From NCBI GenBank assembly GCA_041640595.1, contig JBEPZY010000008.1, positions 8,484 through 72,483 of the forward strand: DNA of 64,000 nucleotides. Direction: 5' to 3'. A program made the position numbers and the translations under genes. Below, piece after piece: positions 31,388 to 40,661 of the stretch. Origin of the DNA: Gemmatales bacterium. GTDB lineage: Bacteria > Planctomycetota > Planctomycetia > Gemmatales > HRBIN36. Below the pieces are notes generated by a model. It did not search any database. It saw only the letters and a list, made by a program, of their open reading frames with translations, and was not told the origin of the DNA. Every line of letters starts with the position of its first letter. The first letter of the stretch is position 1.

Positions 31388-31500
31388 GAGGCCGCTAGCG
31401 TTTCCCGATGAGGGAGATGCCCAAAGTGTACCGTTCGCGTTGCCAGGCGGAATCGCTGCTAAGTGAGCTGAAGCGAACCACCGGCTCGCAATTGACGGCC

Positions 31501-31659
31501 CGGCGGGAGAAGATGTTGAACAATAAGCAAGGTCTCGTAAATCGTGGATGCATTGTAATCGATCCACCAGCCACCAAGAGTTGAACAATAAACGAGTTCT
31601 CGTGAATCATAAGTTTCGCGGTGTCTCGCCGCGCGGCGGGAGAAGACGTTGAACAATAA
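31501..31659. repeat. Three copies of a GTTGAACAATAA-containing repeat, periods 65 and 68
   Basis: gttgaacaataa at 31515, 31580 and 31648. Copies 1 and 3 share cggcgggagaagaygttgaacaataa. Confidence 0.8.
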
Positions 31660-31937
31660 CCGGCCCTGCGCGTGCTGGCCCACCCCGTTCGCCGCTATTG
31701 GCCGCTAGTTCCCGCCGCACGCAACTATATTTTCGACAGAGCAGCCGCGATTCCACGGCGTCATCAGACGCATGGCGGGTGCCGGACACCTTTTGCGAAA
31801 AATTTTTGCGAACAGAATTGTCCTCTTGAGACGGCCGCGGATTTTTGATAAAAGCAAGTTCAGCGGCCCAATTCAGCATCACGTCCACGTTCTAAAGGAG
31901 ACACAACTATGAGCACGCTCTACTTCGCCGACGGTGT

Positions 31938-34298
31938 GTGCAACCAGCACACACACGGAAGCTGCGTGCTTTGTTCCGTGTGTGGCTTACTAAACTTTTC
32001 GGTCGTACCGTAAAACCACGTCCAGCTGTTCGCCTGCAGTTCGAATGCCTGGAATCCCGCGACCTGCCGGCGACCAATTTCAGTTTGGAGGCCTCGCCCG
32101 CCGTGACTAAGTATGAGGACGAACCGATTGATGGCGGCGAAGCTTATGTTCGTGTCGTTTACGACCCGAACCTGGCCGGGAGTCTGACGTTTAGTGTCAG
32201 CGACTTGCCACCCGGCATTAGTTACGACCCGACCACCGGTGAGTTTCGTGGTGCCGCTCTCCGCAGTGCTATGCCACGTAACGGTTCACCCGTAACCTAT
32301 AATGCGACTATCACGGTCTCCGATGGCACCGAAACTGAGTCGGCCATCGTGCCGTTTATTATTCTCGATAACACCTTTTCGGTGGAGACGCCCGGCACAC
32401 AGGTTAGCCATCCCGGCGAGACGGTGTTCTTCGCTCCGCCGCTGAGTTACACGCAGGGCAACTTCTCCGGCCCCTTGATGTTTAGTTATGAAAATCTGCC
32501 TTCGGGACTAAGTTTCGACTCCCTCTATGGCACGGTACAGAGGACTATAGACGCGGACTTAGTCACTCCTGAATCACACATTCGCGACTATACGGTGGTT
32601 CTCACAGTTACTGACCCGGTAAGCGGCGACTGGGAGGAGATTAGTTTCCAGTGGCGGGTGGAGACGGATCCCTATCCCGCCTATGTTGCGCGTGTCGAGC
32701 AAGCGAACGCTATCTATATTTCCGCCGTCGAGCAAGCTCTAAGCGAACGCGACTCCGCCTGGCAAACCGCAGTTGCCACGGTGCAGAATCTAGCGGACGA
32801 AGCTTATGCGCAATATCTGCAGGCAGCCGACCAAGCAGCGCAGGAATACAGCACTGCGATAGAGGAAGCGGACGCGGCTTATACGGCAGCGGTGGCGCAA
32901 GCAGATGCTGCCTATCAGGAGGCCGAGTCGCAGGCGAGTGCTCAGTTGCATGCTACTTTAGACCAGATTTGGGCCGATTATCTGCAGCGTGTGGAGGCAG
33001 ATTATCAGGCAGACTTAGCGGCCGCGGATGCGGCTTACAGCGAATATGTAGCTCCCTATCAATTGGCACGCGACTTAGCTTATGAGTACTGGCAAGAGCA
33101 CCCCGATGATGCGGATGCTTATGCGGCGTATCAGCAAACTCAGCAAGACTTAGACAATGCTATTGCGTATGCCACTGCCATGCGCGACCAGGCCTATGTG
33201 GCAGCGGCAGCCAGGCGGGATGCGCGATTGGCAGACCCATATCAAGACGAACAATACGCTAATCAAGAGGCGGAGGGTTACGCCGCTTACTATGGTGCGT
33301 TAGATCAGGCGGGGGCGGCGTGGGCAGCGGCAGAGCAGGCGGCGTATGATGAATGGCAGGCAGCGATGAATGCGGCGGAGTCCACCTATACGCAGACGGA
33401 ATCGCAGGCCTGGGGCAGATATATCGAATGTTTAGACGAACTCAATTCGCAACTGGAGCACACATATCTAACTCTCGAAGGGGCATTCCAGACGGCGTGG
33501 AACAACGCCGTGCGTGACTGGACGGAGATGGAATCCGCCGCCTGGGACGCTTATCAGCGTGCCCGCTCCCAAATGGTGCAACAACCGTCGGAAGACCCAA
33601 GACTACTTGAGGTACCGGCAGTGAATATTACCAGCTTGGTCGCCCAAGTAGCAAACGCCGACTTAAGGAAAAGCAATATTACATGGGAGCTGAGGCTGGA
33701 CCTTAAACTCAAACAGGCAGTATTAGCTAATTGGTCTGTCTGGGCATGGGACCATTTCTTTCCAAACCCGGGTCAACAGTTGTCAGAGTTAATTCAATCG
33801 CTCCGCAGAGCGCAAAGCATGCAGGATGTACTAACTATCGCGCGAAACGGCTTTATCAGGGCGGTTGGAATACCTTTTGAACAACTCAGTTCCGCGGTTC
33901 TGGGTTTGTTCCTTGACTTACTCTGCCATTATCCTATCGGAGCGCGTCTGGTCGTATATTGTGGGCGAAAGGATGGCATGCCCTATTTACGAAGCGCTGA
34001 GCTAGAGAGGCTGGGTAAATGGAGGAATGTTATAGACTTGACAGGCATACGGATCGCCGGCATAGACATCGGAAGAGTTGGATTTGAATTGAAGGCGGAA
34101 ATCTCTCACTCGGGCCTACTGGATCTGTTTCAGCGCGGCAGTGAACCGTTGGTCGTGGAAGGAAGTGTTCGCTATGAATTGAATATCACCGTCTTAGGAA
34201 TGCAAATTACAACTCATTGCAGTCAGCGTTGGCGGATTTTTGTGAACCCAGACTTCTCTCTGGACTTCATGCGGTCTCCCGCGAGAGATTTTCAGTGA
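31938..34298 (+). CDS. Secreted protein: Planctomycete extracellular motif, two putative Ig domains, Ala-rich helical stalk and unique C-terminal domain (polymorphic-toxin-like)
   Basis: RLQFECLESRDLPA motif; LPPGISYDPTTGEF and LPSGLSFDSLYGTV Ig-like repeats; long A/Y/Q/E-rich helical region; lower-GC C-terminal ~230 codons. Start uncertain. Confidence 0.8.
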   Translation: MQPAHTRKLRALFRVWLTKLFGRTVKPRPAVRLQFECLESRDLPATNFSLEASPAVTKYEDEPIDGGEAYVRVVYDPNLAGSLTFSVSDLPPGISYDPTTGEFRGAALRSAMPRNGSPVTYNATITVSDGTETESAIVPFIILDNTFSVETPGTQVSHPGETVFFAPPLSYTQGNFSGPLMFSYENLPSGLSFDSLYGTVQRTIDADLVTPESHIRDYTVVLTVTDPVSGDWEEISFQWRVETDPYPAYVARVEQANAIYISAVEQALSERDSAWQTAVATVQNLADEAYAQYLQAADQAAQEYSTAIEEADAAYTAAVAQADAAYQEAESQASAQLHATLDQIWADYLQRVEADYQADLAAADAAYSEYVAPYQLARDLAYEYWQEHPDDADAYAAYQQTQQDLDNAIAYATAMRDQAYVAAAARRDARLADPYQDEQYANQEAEGYAAYYGALDQAGAAWAAAEQAAYDEWQAAMNAAESTYTQTESQAWGRYIECLDELNSQLEHTYLTLEGAFQTAWNNAVRDWTEMESAAWDAYQRARSQMVQQPSEDPRLLEVPAVNITSLVAQVANADLRKSNITWELRLDLKLKQAVLANWSVWAWDHFFPNPGQQLSELIQSLRRAQSMQDVLTIARNGFIRAVGIPFEQLSSAVLGLFLDLLCHYPIGARLVVYCGRKDGMPYLRSAELERLGKWRNVIDLTGIRIAGIDIGRVGFELKAEISHSGLLDLFQRGSEPLVVEGSVRYELNITVLGMQITTHCSQRWRIFVNPDFSLDFMRSPARDFQ

Positions 34299-34350
34299 CC
34301 GCGCGATCGCTTTCGTTTCAAGAACTTTCAGGGAAGGAGGAGGATTTGAG

Positions 34351-35031
34351 ATGGCATGGTGCAGCTTGAGTGAACTCAGAACTGGCTTCATAGCCGCAGC
34401 GTTTCTCGTACTATCGCAAGCTTCAGCTGATGCACCTGAGCAATGGAAGGCTACAGGTGAACGTAGCGACCAGATGTGTGTTGGCTATGTTACCATAAGA
34501 GTCTCTGATTTTATTTACCACTATATCGCAAAGGAAATCATGGCAGTTGTCTTTGGAGAAGACTCACCTATAGCAGAAGGCTCGTGTGGCTTATTCCGCA
34601 ACGCTGCTATCGCGGCGCCCACCTTGTCAATACTAATGCGCTGCTGGTTGCAAGCACTGGACGATGAAATCCAACTAGTACTTGTGGTGCAGAAAACGCA
34701 AGCTGGAAATTGGCGCGTCGTAGTACCGTGCCGTGTTCCCGACAGAAGTAAGCTAATCTTCGTCAAGGAGATTACCGTGCCTAAAACGCTCAGTAGCGAA
34801 CCGGTTATCTTATCAGTCCAAATCAATCACGAAGGTGAAATGACAGAGTTTACCAAGAAACCCTCATATTTATATCACCTTGAGACCTCGATAAAGTCAG
34901 AAACAGGTACATATTACCTTGGCTACCAGACCTGGTTTGTAGTATATGCCAATGAGGTCGGTAAACCTCGCGTAGGTTTGCTAGGTTGGCGAAACACCCG
35001 ATACACTCCTCGGGTAATAACTTCTCAATGA
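34351..35031 (+). CDS. Hypothetical exported protein, candidate partner/immunity protein
   Basis: RBS GGAGGAGG, signal-peptide-like N-terminus (FIAAAFLVLSQASA), lower GC, directly behind the large gene. Confidence 0.7.
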   Translation: MAWCSLSELRTGFIAAAFLVLSQASADAPEQWKATGERSDQMCVGYVTIRVSDFIYHYIAKEIMAVVFGEDSPIAEGSCGLFRNAAIAAPTLSILMRCWLQALDDEIQLVLVVQKTQAGNWRVVVPCRVPDRSKLIFVKEITVPKTLSSEPVILSVQINHEGEMTEFTKKPSYLYHLETSIKSETGTYYLGYQTWFVVYANEVGKPRVGLLGWRNTRYTPRVITSQ

Positions 35032-35046
35032 CGCGGGTGTTCCGAC

Positions 35047-35485
35047 GGCGTGGGCAGCTGCAGAGCAGGCGGCGATGAATGCGGCGGGGTCCACCTATAC
35101 ACAGACGGAGTCGGACGCCTGGGGCAGATATATCGAATGTCTAGACGAACTCAATTCGCAACTGGAGCACACACGTCTAACTCTCGAAGGGGCATTCCAG
35201 ACGGCGTGGAACAACGCCGTGCGTGACTGGACGGAGATGGAAACCGCCGCGTGGGACGCCTACCAGCGTGCCCGCGCGCGGATGCTGCAACCACCGCCGG
35301 AAGGCGAGCGCCAAGTCGGGCCACCACCGGAAGGCGAGCGACAGCCTGCTGTTGGGCTGCCCCCTCAGCGGGCTCTGCGAGCCGCAAGCCGGTGCACTGT
35401 CGGAAGGGCGAGCGACACGTCGGGCTACCGCAGACGAATGTCCAGCGGGTCCTTTTACAAGGTACTGTCGCAGCTTCCAGCTTAG
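35047..35485 (+). pseudogene. Orphan cassette: ~255-bp copy of the stalk end of 31938..34298 followed by a different, decayed 3' sequence
   Basis: 35047-35303 closely matches 33316-33594 (WGRYIECLDELNSQLEHT.LTLEGAFQTAWNNAVRDWTEME) with a 21-bp deletion, then diverges at the start of the C-terminal domain. Confidence 0.85.
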
Positions 35486-35812
35486 CGCAGGTGATACCTC
35501 CGGGTGGAGTAAGCACGCGTCGGATTAGTGAAGCGATGCAGGTAAGCAATTCCTAAACTGTAACCGTTTGTGTAGGACCCGTATCGGGACCCAGCATATC
35601 CTGAAAGGATGCAGGCAAGGAATTCCTCAACCTGGAAATGCTCACCAGTCAACGGCAGCTCCGGCCCAACAGTCACCGGCAGCGATGGAAGCAAGCGACT
35701 CGTCAAGCTGGAAATGCTTACCCAGCTAATCACCGCCGGCTAATTGTTGGCACCGAGATGTAAGCGGTGCACTTTGTATGCAAGTGTTTTGGTACGGGCC
35801 GGGGGGGTATTG

Positions 35813-35998
35813 TCGTAACTGCTCAGCTCGGGCGGGAAGCATTCGGCAGGCCTTGTGGCGACGTCTGGCAGAGTAATTTGGCGCGGCCGTAACCAGTCAG
35901 CCTATCCGGGAAGCATTTGGCAGGATGCCCCGATTCGTCCGAGAATATCCTAATCTTCGTCCGTAACCGGTTAGCCCATCGGGGAAGCATTCGGCAGG
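35813..35998. repeat. Three 38-bp repeats separated by two unique 36-bp intervals (period 74)
   Basis: ycgtaac...gggaagcattyggcagg at 35813, 35887 and 35961. Confidence 0.85.
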
Positions 35999-36280
35999 GC
36001 CGTCCCCGAACGGTTCCGCAGTGAAGCTGTTTGCTTCGTTATCGCTGTAAAAGCTCTCGCAGGGCTGTCCCATAACCGTTCGGTAGTGAAGAAAGGAGCT
36101 GCTGGCGTGAGTTCTGTGACCGGGATGCTTGTTGCGGTTTTTGTTTTTGGGAGCAGAGTCTCCTGTCTCCGGGGGCTGCAGGAGGTACGCCTATAGCGAC
36201 ATAACTCCTCCGAGAAGCCCAGCAGCTACCGCCAGGGCTGCCGGGAGCCGGCAGGAGGTAAGCCTATCGAGACGGATGCT
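35994..36280. repeat. Two further direct-repeat pairs (periods 65 and 73)
   Basis: gcagggcygtccc...gtgaag at 35994/36059; gcaggaggtamgcctat at 36178/36251. Confidence 0.65.
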
Positions 36281-36527
36281 CGTTGTGGTTTTGGCAGCGG
36301 AATCCACTGGGGAGTCGGCTGACAAAGGGCAACCGGCATCCGGTGGGGAAGAGAATTTGTCACGTTTTCGCGCGGTGTTGCGTTAATGGGTGTGAGGCTT
36401 TGAAGGGTGCAGCAAAGTCAGGCGCGAAAGCAGCAGTGCGTCGGGCTGTACGTAAGCAGTCCGTAGTAAATGGTTCGCGCGGGGCTAAGCCCCGCAGCGG
36501 CCAAGCACAATGACAGGAGTCCAAGCT

Positions 36528-37973
36528 ATGGCACGTCGCAACCGAGCTGAGGTCTTTGTGGATCGTGCGAGCGGTTTACGAGGCTGGAAGGTGCGGTTAC
36601 CAGCTGGGCGACCACTGGCTACGCCAGCGATCGCTGATGGGCGTTTATTTCTGGGCGGCGGTTTCGGTACTTATGACTTCTACGCCCTCGACGCTTTAGA
36701 GGGACAACTCCTGTGGCGACATCGCACCAGCGATGACGGGCCGACCGCTGCCGTAGTGGAAGACGGTCTGGTTGCCTACAACACGGAAAGTTGCACTCTG
36801 GAAATCCTGACGACCGAGGGAAAATCGGTCTGGCGGCTATGGCTGGGTGATCCGCTGTTGAGCATGCCGGCCATCTGTGCAGGCCGCGTTTACATGGCTT
36901 ATCCGGACAGTCGCGGTGATCACCGGCATTACCTGGCCTGTTTTGACTTGCGGAGCGGCGAACTAATATGGCGGCATCCCATTATCTGCGACGTGATCAC
37001 AGCGCCGGTAGTGCAGGATGGCCTGGTGTACGCCAGTTGTATGGACGGAACGGTTTTCTGCCTGTCCAGTGAGGATGGTCAATGCGTCTGGCAACGAGCG
37101 ATGCGTGCCACCAGTGCACCGACGGTGGTAGCGGGGGAAGTTTTCGTCAGTCAGCGACATGACGATCCCCAGTATGGCGTGCGGGAACGCTGGATTCGGC
37201 AGCGCCATGAGCGAGCGGCACGTGCAAGAGAGACACGCGAAGCAAGCATGGCCCGGGGAAAGACCGGTCGGGCTACTGCATCGGTAGCGGAGACCGGCCT
37301 GGAAGTGAGTGAACCGCATAGCGAAGTGCTTTTTGAGTGTCAGGAATTCTGCGCACACCTCGACCTGGAAGCCAAGCGGCGAACCGAGGAATATCGTTCC
37401 TACATGCACATGGATGCATCGGTGGGTTTTGCAGCGGCTCCTGCAGCGGCTAAGTTTCACTATGCGGCAATGCATCTGGGCGTTGATCGCGTGAGTGCGG
37501 CCTGGGGATTTCAAGGTTCACGACCGTGCGTGTATCGGGGAAGGCTTTACGCTGCCTCGGGACGCTGGCTGCGCTGTTTGCGGTTGCAGAATGACTTTGG
37601 GAAACCGCAGGACCAGCTTGTGTGGGAATTCGACGTTTATGGTGCGGCCCAACTGGCGGAAGCGGCGTTTGTGCCTACGGTAACTCCGCCGATAGTGCTG
37701 AATGATAGGGTCATTGTCGGTTCTACGGCGGGCGACTTGTTCTGCCTGGACGCAGAACACGGGGAAGTGCTCTGGCGTGTGCATCTCGGTGAACCGATCA
37801 GTTACCAGCCCGCGGTGGCTTACGGTCGTGTGTATGTCCCAACGGCCACCGGCACACTGTATGCCATTGAGACCGGCAGCGATACCGATGACGGCTGGTA
37901 CATGTGGGGAGCCAACGCTGCTCACACCAATTCGGTCAGCCCGGAATGCGAATTAGTCCACGCCGTCGAGTAA
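36528..37973 (+). CDS. PQQ-binding-like beta-propeller repeat protein
   Basis: Repeated TPAIADGRLFLG / YALDALEGQLLW / CLDAEHGEVLW blades. Start at 36510 or 36528. Confidence 0.9.
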   Translation: MARRNRAEVFVDRASGLRGWKVRLPAGRPLATPAIADGRLFLGGGFGTYDFYALDALEGQLLWRHRTSDDGPTAAVVEDGLVAYNTESCTLEILTTEGKSVWRLWLGDPLLSMPAICAGRVYMAYPDSRGDHRHYLACFDLRSGELIWRHPIICDVITAPVVQDGLVYASCMDGTVFCLSSEDGQCVWQRAMRATSAPTVVAGEVFVSQRHDDPQYGVRERWIRQRHERAARARETREASMARGKTGRATASVAETGLEVSEPHSEVLFECQEFCAHLDLEAKRRTEEYRSYMHMDASVGFAAAPAAAKFHYAAMHLGVDRVSAAWGFQGSRPCVYRGRLYAASGRWLRCLRLQNDFGKPQDQLVWEFDVYGAAQLAEAAFVPTVTPPIVLNDRVIVGSTAGDLFCLDAEHGEVLWRVHLGEPISYQPAVAYGRVYVPTATGTLYAIETGSDTDDGWYMWGANAAHTNSVSPECELVHAVE

Positions 37974-38165
37974 ACTGAGCCAGCCGTCGCCAGTCGGCTT
38001 ATTCGCCTGCTGCCCGGTGCGGTCAGCCCGGAATTCGAATCCGTCCACGTCAACGAGTTAACTAAGCCGCCCACTGATTTCCGGCTAAACGGGACATAAA
38101 AAGGCTCATTCTCGCAGGCCCGGTGTCTGGCCGCTCCCGAAACTACCGATCAGGGCATGAAGGAT

Positions 38166-39332
38166 TTATGACGAAAGTGGCGGAGCGACAGTTGAGCCGG
38201 GCAAAAAACGGTGGGGGCAAACGTGGTGCTCTGGAGCCCGCTGCGACGATGACGGAGAGCCAGGGGACTGCTGAATGCCCGCCGTACAGCTGCCTTGGTG
38301 CCGCAGCAAGATTTCTACGGCGAGGCGTCCCATGGTTTGCCAGTCAGCCTGATGACAGGTGAGTCCGGTTACACTTTCGCCGCCGCCACCAACGATGCTG
38401 AAGTCTTCGGGAACGCGATATTGGCGTGCCTGCAGTTCTTCGCAGACATATCGGGCCAGGGTGTTATTGAAACAGTAGAGTGCGGTGGGCCGCGGTCGTA
38501 AAGCCAGGAGTTGTTCAACAGCCTGGCGGGCACCGGAACGGTTGAGGGGTACGCCGATCTCCCAAGCTCGACGGTGTGGCAAACCTGCCTCCCGCAACCC
38601 GTCTCGATAACCGCGCAAGCGCCAGGGATTTAAGTCCTCGCGTCGCCAGTTTACGAAAGCGATCCGCCGATGTCCAAGTTGAACCAGGTGGGCTACGACA
38701 TCTTTGGCTGCCTGGTACGAATCATCGCGTACAGAATGAACCTGAACGCTGGGTAAATCGTGGTCCAGCAACACAATGGGCACGCCCAGTCCCAGCGCGG
38801 CTCGCACCACCTTTTCCTCGCCGAAAGAGGCGAAAATCAAACCGGCTGCTGGCATGGTCTGCAGCAGCTCCGATAACACCCGCTGAACTTGATGAATGGC
38901 CACCTGCCGGACCAGAAGTCCTATATTCTGTTCGCAGCAAGCCTGAAGTGCGCCCTGAAGCATAAGGCCACTAATAGTTTCGACGACACCTGTCTCAGAC
39001 AAAGGCGAGGCCGCGTAATCCGCTTGCAAATAAAAGAGCACCCGTGCCTTTTTCGCTGTCAGTCGTCTGAGCAAGCAAACCGGTTCGAGGAAAGTGCCGC
39101 GTCGCCGTATTTTTCGGATCAGACCTTCCTGCTGCAGACGGGCGCAAGCCAGGCGTACCGTTTCACGGCTAACGCCGAGTTGCTCGGCCAGCTCCGCCAG
39201 AGGGGGCAAACGTCCGCTGGCAAAATAACCATCAGCAATGGCTTGCCGTAACAAATGCTCTACCTGTGTCAGTAAACCTGGCGGGTGTTCGAGTCTTGGT
39301 AATTCTTGTGTGGGCCGTCTGGGTCTTGCCAT
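38166..39332 (-). CDS. Transcriptional regulator, GntR-type HTH plus LacI-type ligand-binding domain (AraR-like architecture)
   Basis: RLPPLAELAEQLGVSRETVRLA...RRRGTF, then HLVQLGHRRIAFV, RLRGYRDGL, PTALYCFN, RVPEDFSIVG. Confidence 0.92.
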   Translation of the reverse strand: MARPRRPTQELPRLEHPPGLLTQVEHLLRQAIADGYFASGRLPPLAELAEQLGVSRETVRLACARLQQEGLIRKIRRRGTFLEPVCLLRRLTAKKARVLFYLQADYAASPLSETGVVETISGLMLQGALQACCEQNIGLLVRQVAIHQVQRVLSELLQTMPAAGLIFASFGEEKVVRAALGLGVPIVLLDHDLPSVQVHSVRDDSYQAAKDVVAHLVQLGHRRIAFVNWRREDLNPWRLRGYRDGLREAGLPHRRAWEIGVPLNRSGARQAVEQLLALRPRPTALYCFNNTLARYVCEELQARQYRVPEDFSIVGGGGESVTGLTCHQADWQTMGRLAVEILLRHQGSCTAGIQQSPGSPSSSQRAPEHHVCPHRFLPGSTVAPPLSS

Positions 39333-39485
39333 CGGTTGGTGTCTCCTATCGCGGTCGGCAATGACAATTTTACAAATGTTTTGCCTAATGATCCTGAATC
39401 AGTCTTATCGGCGTCTAAATGGAGTACAATCAGGGCAGCGATGAAGAAATTTTCGGGCCCACTCCGGGCCGAAAGGAGTAAGTCC

Positions 39486-40640
39486 ATGCTGCGAATCTGC
39501 GTCGCCTTAGGGTTAGCATTGTTATTGCTGGGCGTGACGGAATATGTCCCGCCGAGAAGGAAGGCACTTGCAGCGGACCCGCTGAAGCCAAAACGCTTCG
39601 ATAAGCCGGTGTGGCATCCGGATGCTCGCTGGCAACTCGATCCGCAACCGTACGCATTTGATACGAACATTCGTGCGCATTTAGACGGCCCCAGACACGA
39701 AGCTTTTGCCGTACACGCGATATTTCCCGATTTGCATGCCGGCTTCACTGGCGGTGGGCGCTATGCTTTCCTGATGTATGACAGTACGCTTGACCGTTTT
39801 CATGCCGCCACGAGCGGAGCCACTGGATACTTAGATGGTCCGTTTTCTCGAGCCAGGTTCTACATAGATGATTACCACACCTGTCGGCACGAACGGGCCA
39901 GTTCGCCGGATAAACGCTTCTATTACCTGCTGGCGGATTTTTACAGACAGCGAATCCGCGTGCTGGATTTTCAGCGGCAATGGGTACACACTCTCCCTGT
40001 TTCAGGCGTTGCGTTCGCGTGCGGAGAAAGCGGCAAAGTGTACGTGGTGCATCGCTCGGACAAAGACGGGGGCCGAGCCGACACCATCACCATTCTCAGT
40101 CCCGGCCCCGAGTGGAAAACGCTCCGCACTGTTCGGTTGCACCCGAGCGAACAAGAGGTGCAGGTTTCTGGTCTGGGCACATCAGTAGCCGTGGATGAAA
40201 AGAACGAACGCCTTTACGCCACCACCTATCGGGCCTGGCCCTGGTATGTCTGGTACTGGGATCTCAAAGACGGTTCGCTACACGGTGTCCTGCCGAACTG
40301 TTCCAAGAAACCCACCGCGAGACGATCAGGGGAGGCGGGGCCTTTTGAAGGCACCGTCTTGTACAACCATGGTGAGATTAGCTGGGGGCCCGATGATCCC
40401 GATAAACGATTCCTCTACCTGACGCGGGTGGATGACAACAATTTTTACCGCCTCGACCTGCAACGGCAGATCATCGCAGTCTTTAGCGTCAAACAAGGGC
40501 GTTTCGTGGAACAAGGGCAGGGGGATGGCAGTCCACTGTATATGTACCCTCCCGCCTGGTTGCCGGACGGTAGCTTTGTGGGTTATGTGCCCTGGTACAA
40601 TCCCGCTCCCCATTACAAACTCTTTCGCCGCATCCAGTGA
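39486..40640 (+). CDS. Hypothetical secreted protein, possible NHL-like beta-propeller
   Basis: RBS AAAGGAG, hydrophobic N-terminus, TGYLDGPFSRARF motif, beta-rich. Shares GYLDGP with 47092..48531. Confidence 0.75.
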   Translation: MLRICVALGLALLLLGVTEYVPPRRKALAADPLKPKRFDKPVWHPDARWQLDPQPYAFDTNIRAHLDGPRHEAFAVHAIFPDLHAGFTGGGRYAFLMYDSTLDRFHAATSGATGYLDGPFSRARFYIDDYHTCRHERASSPDKRFYYLLADFYRQRIRVLDFQRQWVHTLPVSGVAFACGESGKVYVVHRSDKDGGRADTITILSPGPEWKTLRTVRLHPSEQEVQVSGLGTSVAVDEKNERLYATTYRAWPWYVWYWDLKDGSLHGVLPNCSKKPTARRSGEAGPFEGTVLYNHGEISWGPDDPDKRFLYLTRVDDNNFYRLDLQRQIIAVFSVKQGRFVEQGQGDGSPLYMYPPAWLPDGSFVGYVPWYNPAPHYKLFRRIQ

Positions 40641-40661
40641 GTCAAGTAAGGAGAACCGGCG

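Larger units (their letters stand above)
30608..31695 (+). mobile_element. Decayed IS4/IS5-like DDE transposase pseudogene, interrupted by two repeat expansions
   Basis: PCNDK...QLAANAGYGAECVPELCRERWRVSSWIP (decayed ADAGYD region). After the array: QVRGR*RFPMREMPKVYRSRCQAESLLSELKRTTGSQLTARR, with exact Y-2-R-3-E-6-K spacing. After the second expansion: ALRVLAHPVRR. Confidence 0.75.

Noticed and set aside
30560..31411. Overlapping repeat-protein ORFs in several frames
   Set aside because: The 74/148-bp period is not a multiple of three; these are by-products of the array within a transposase pseudogene.
37934..38058. 38-bp direct repeat duplicating the 3' end of the PQQ-repeat gene (period 87)
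   Set aside because: Real, but the period is outside the 65-74 class and there is no integrase or cargo to suggest an att site.
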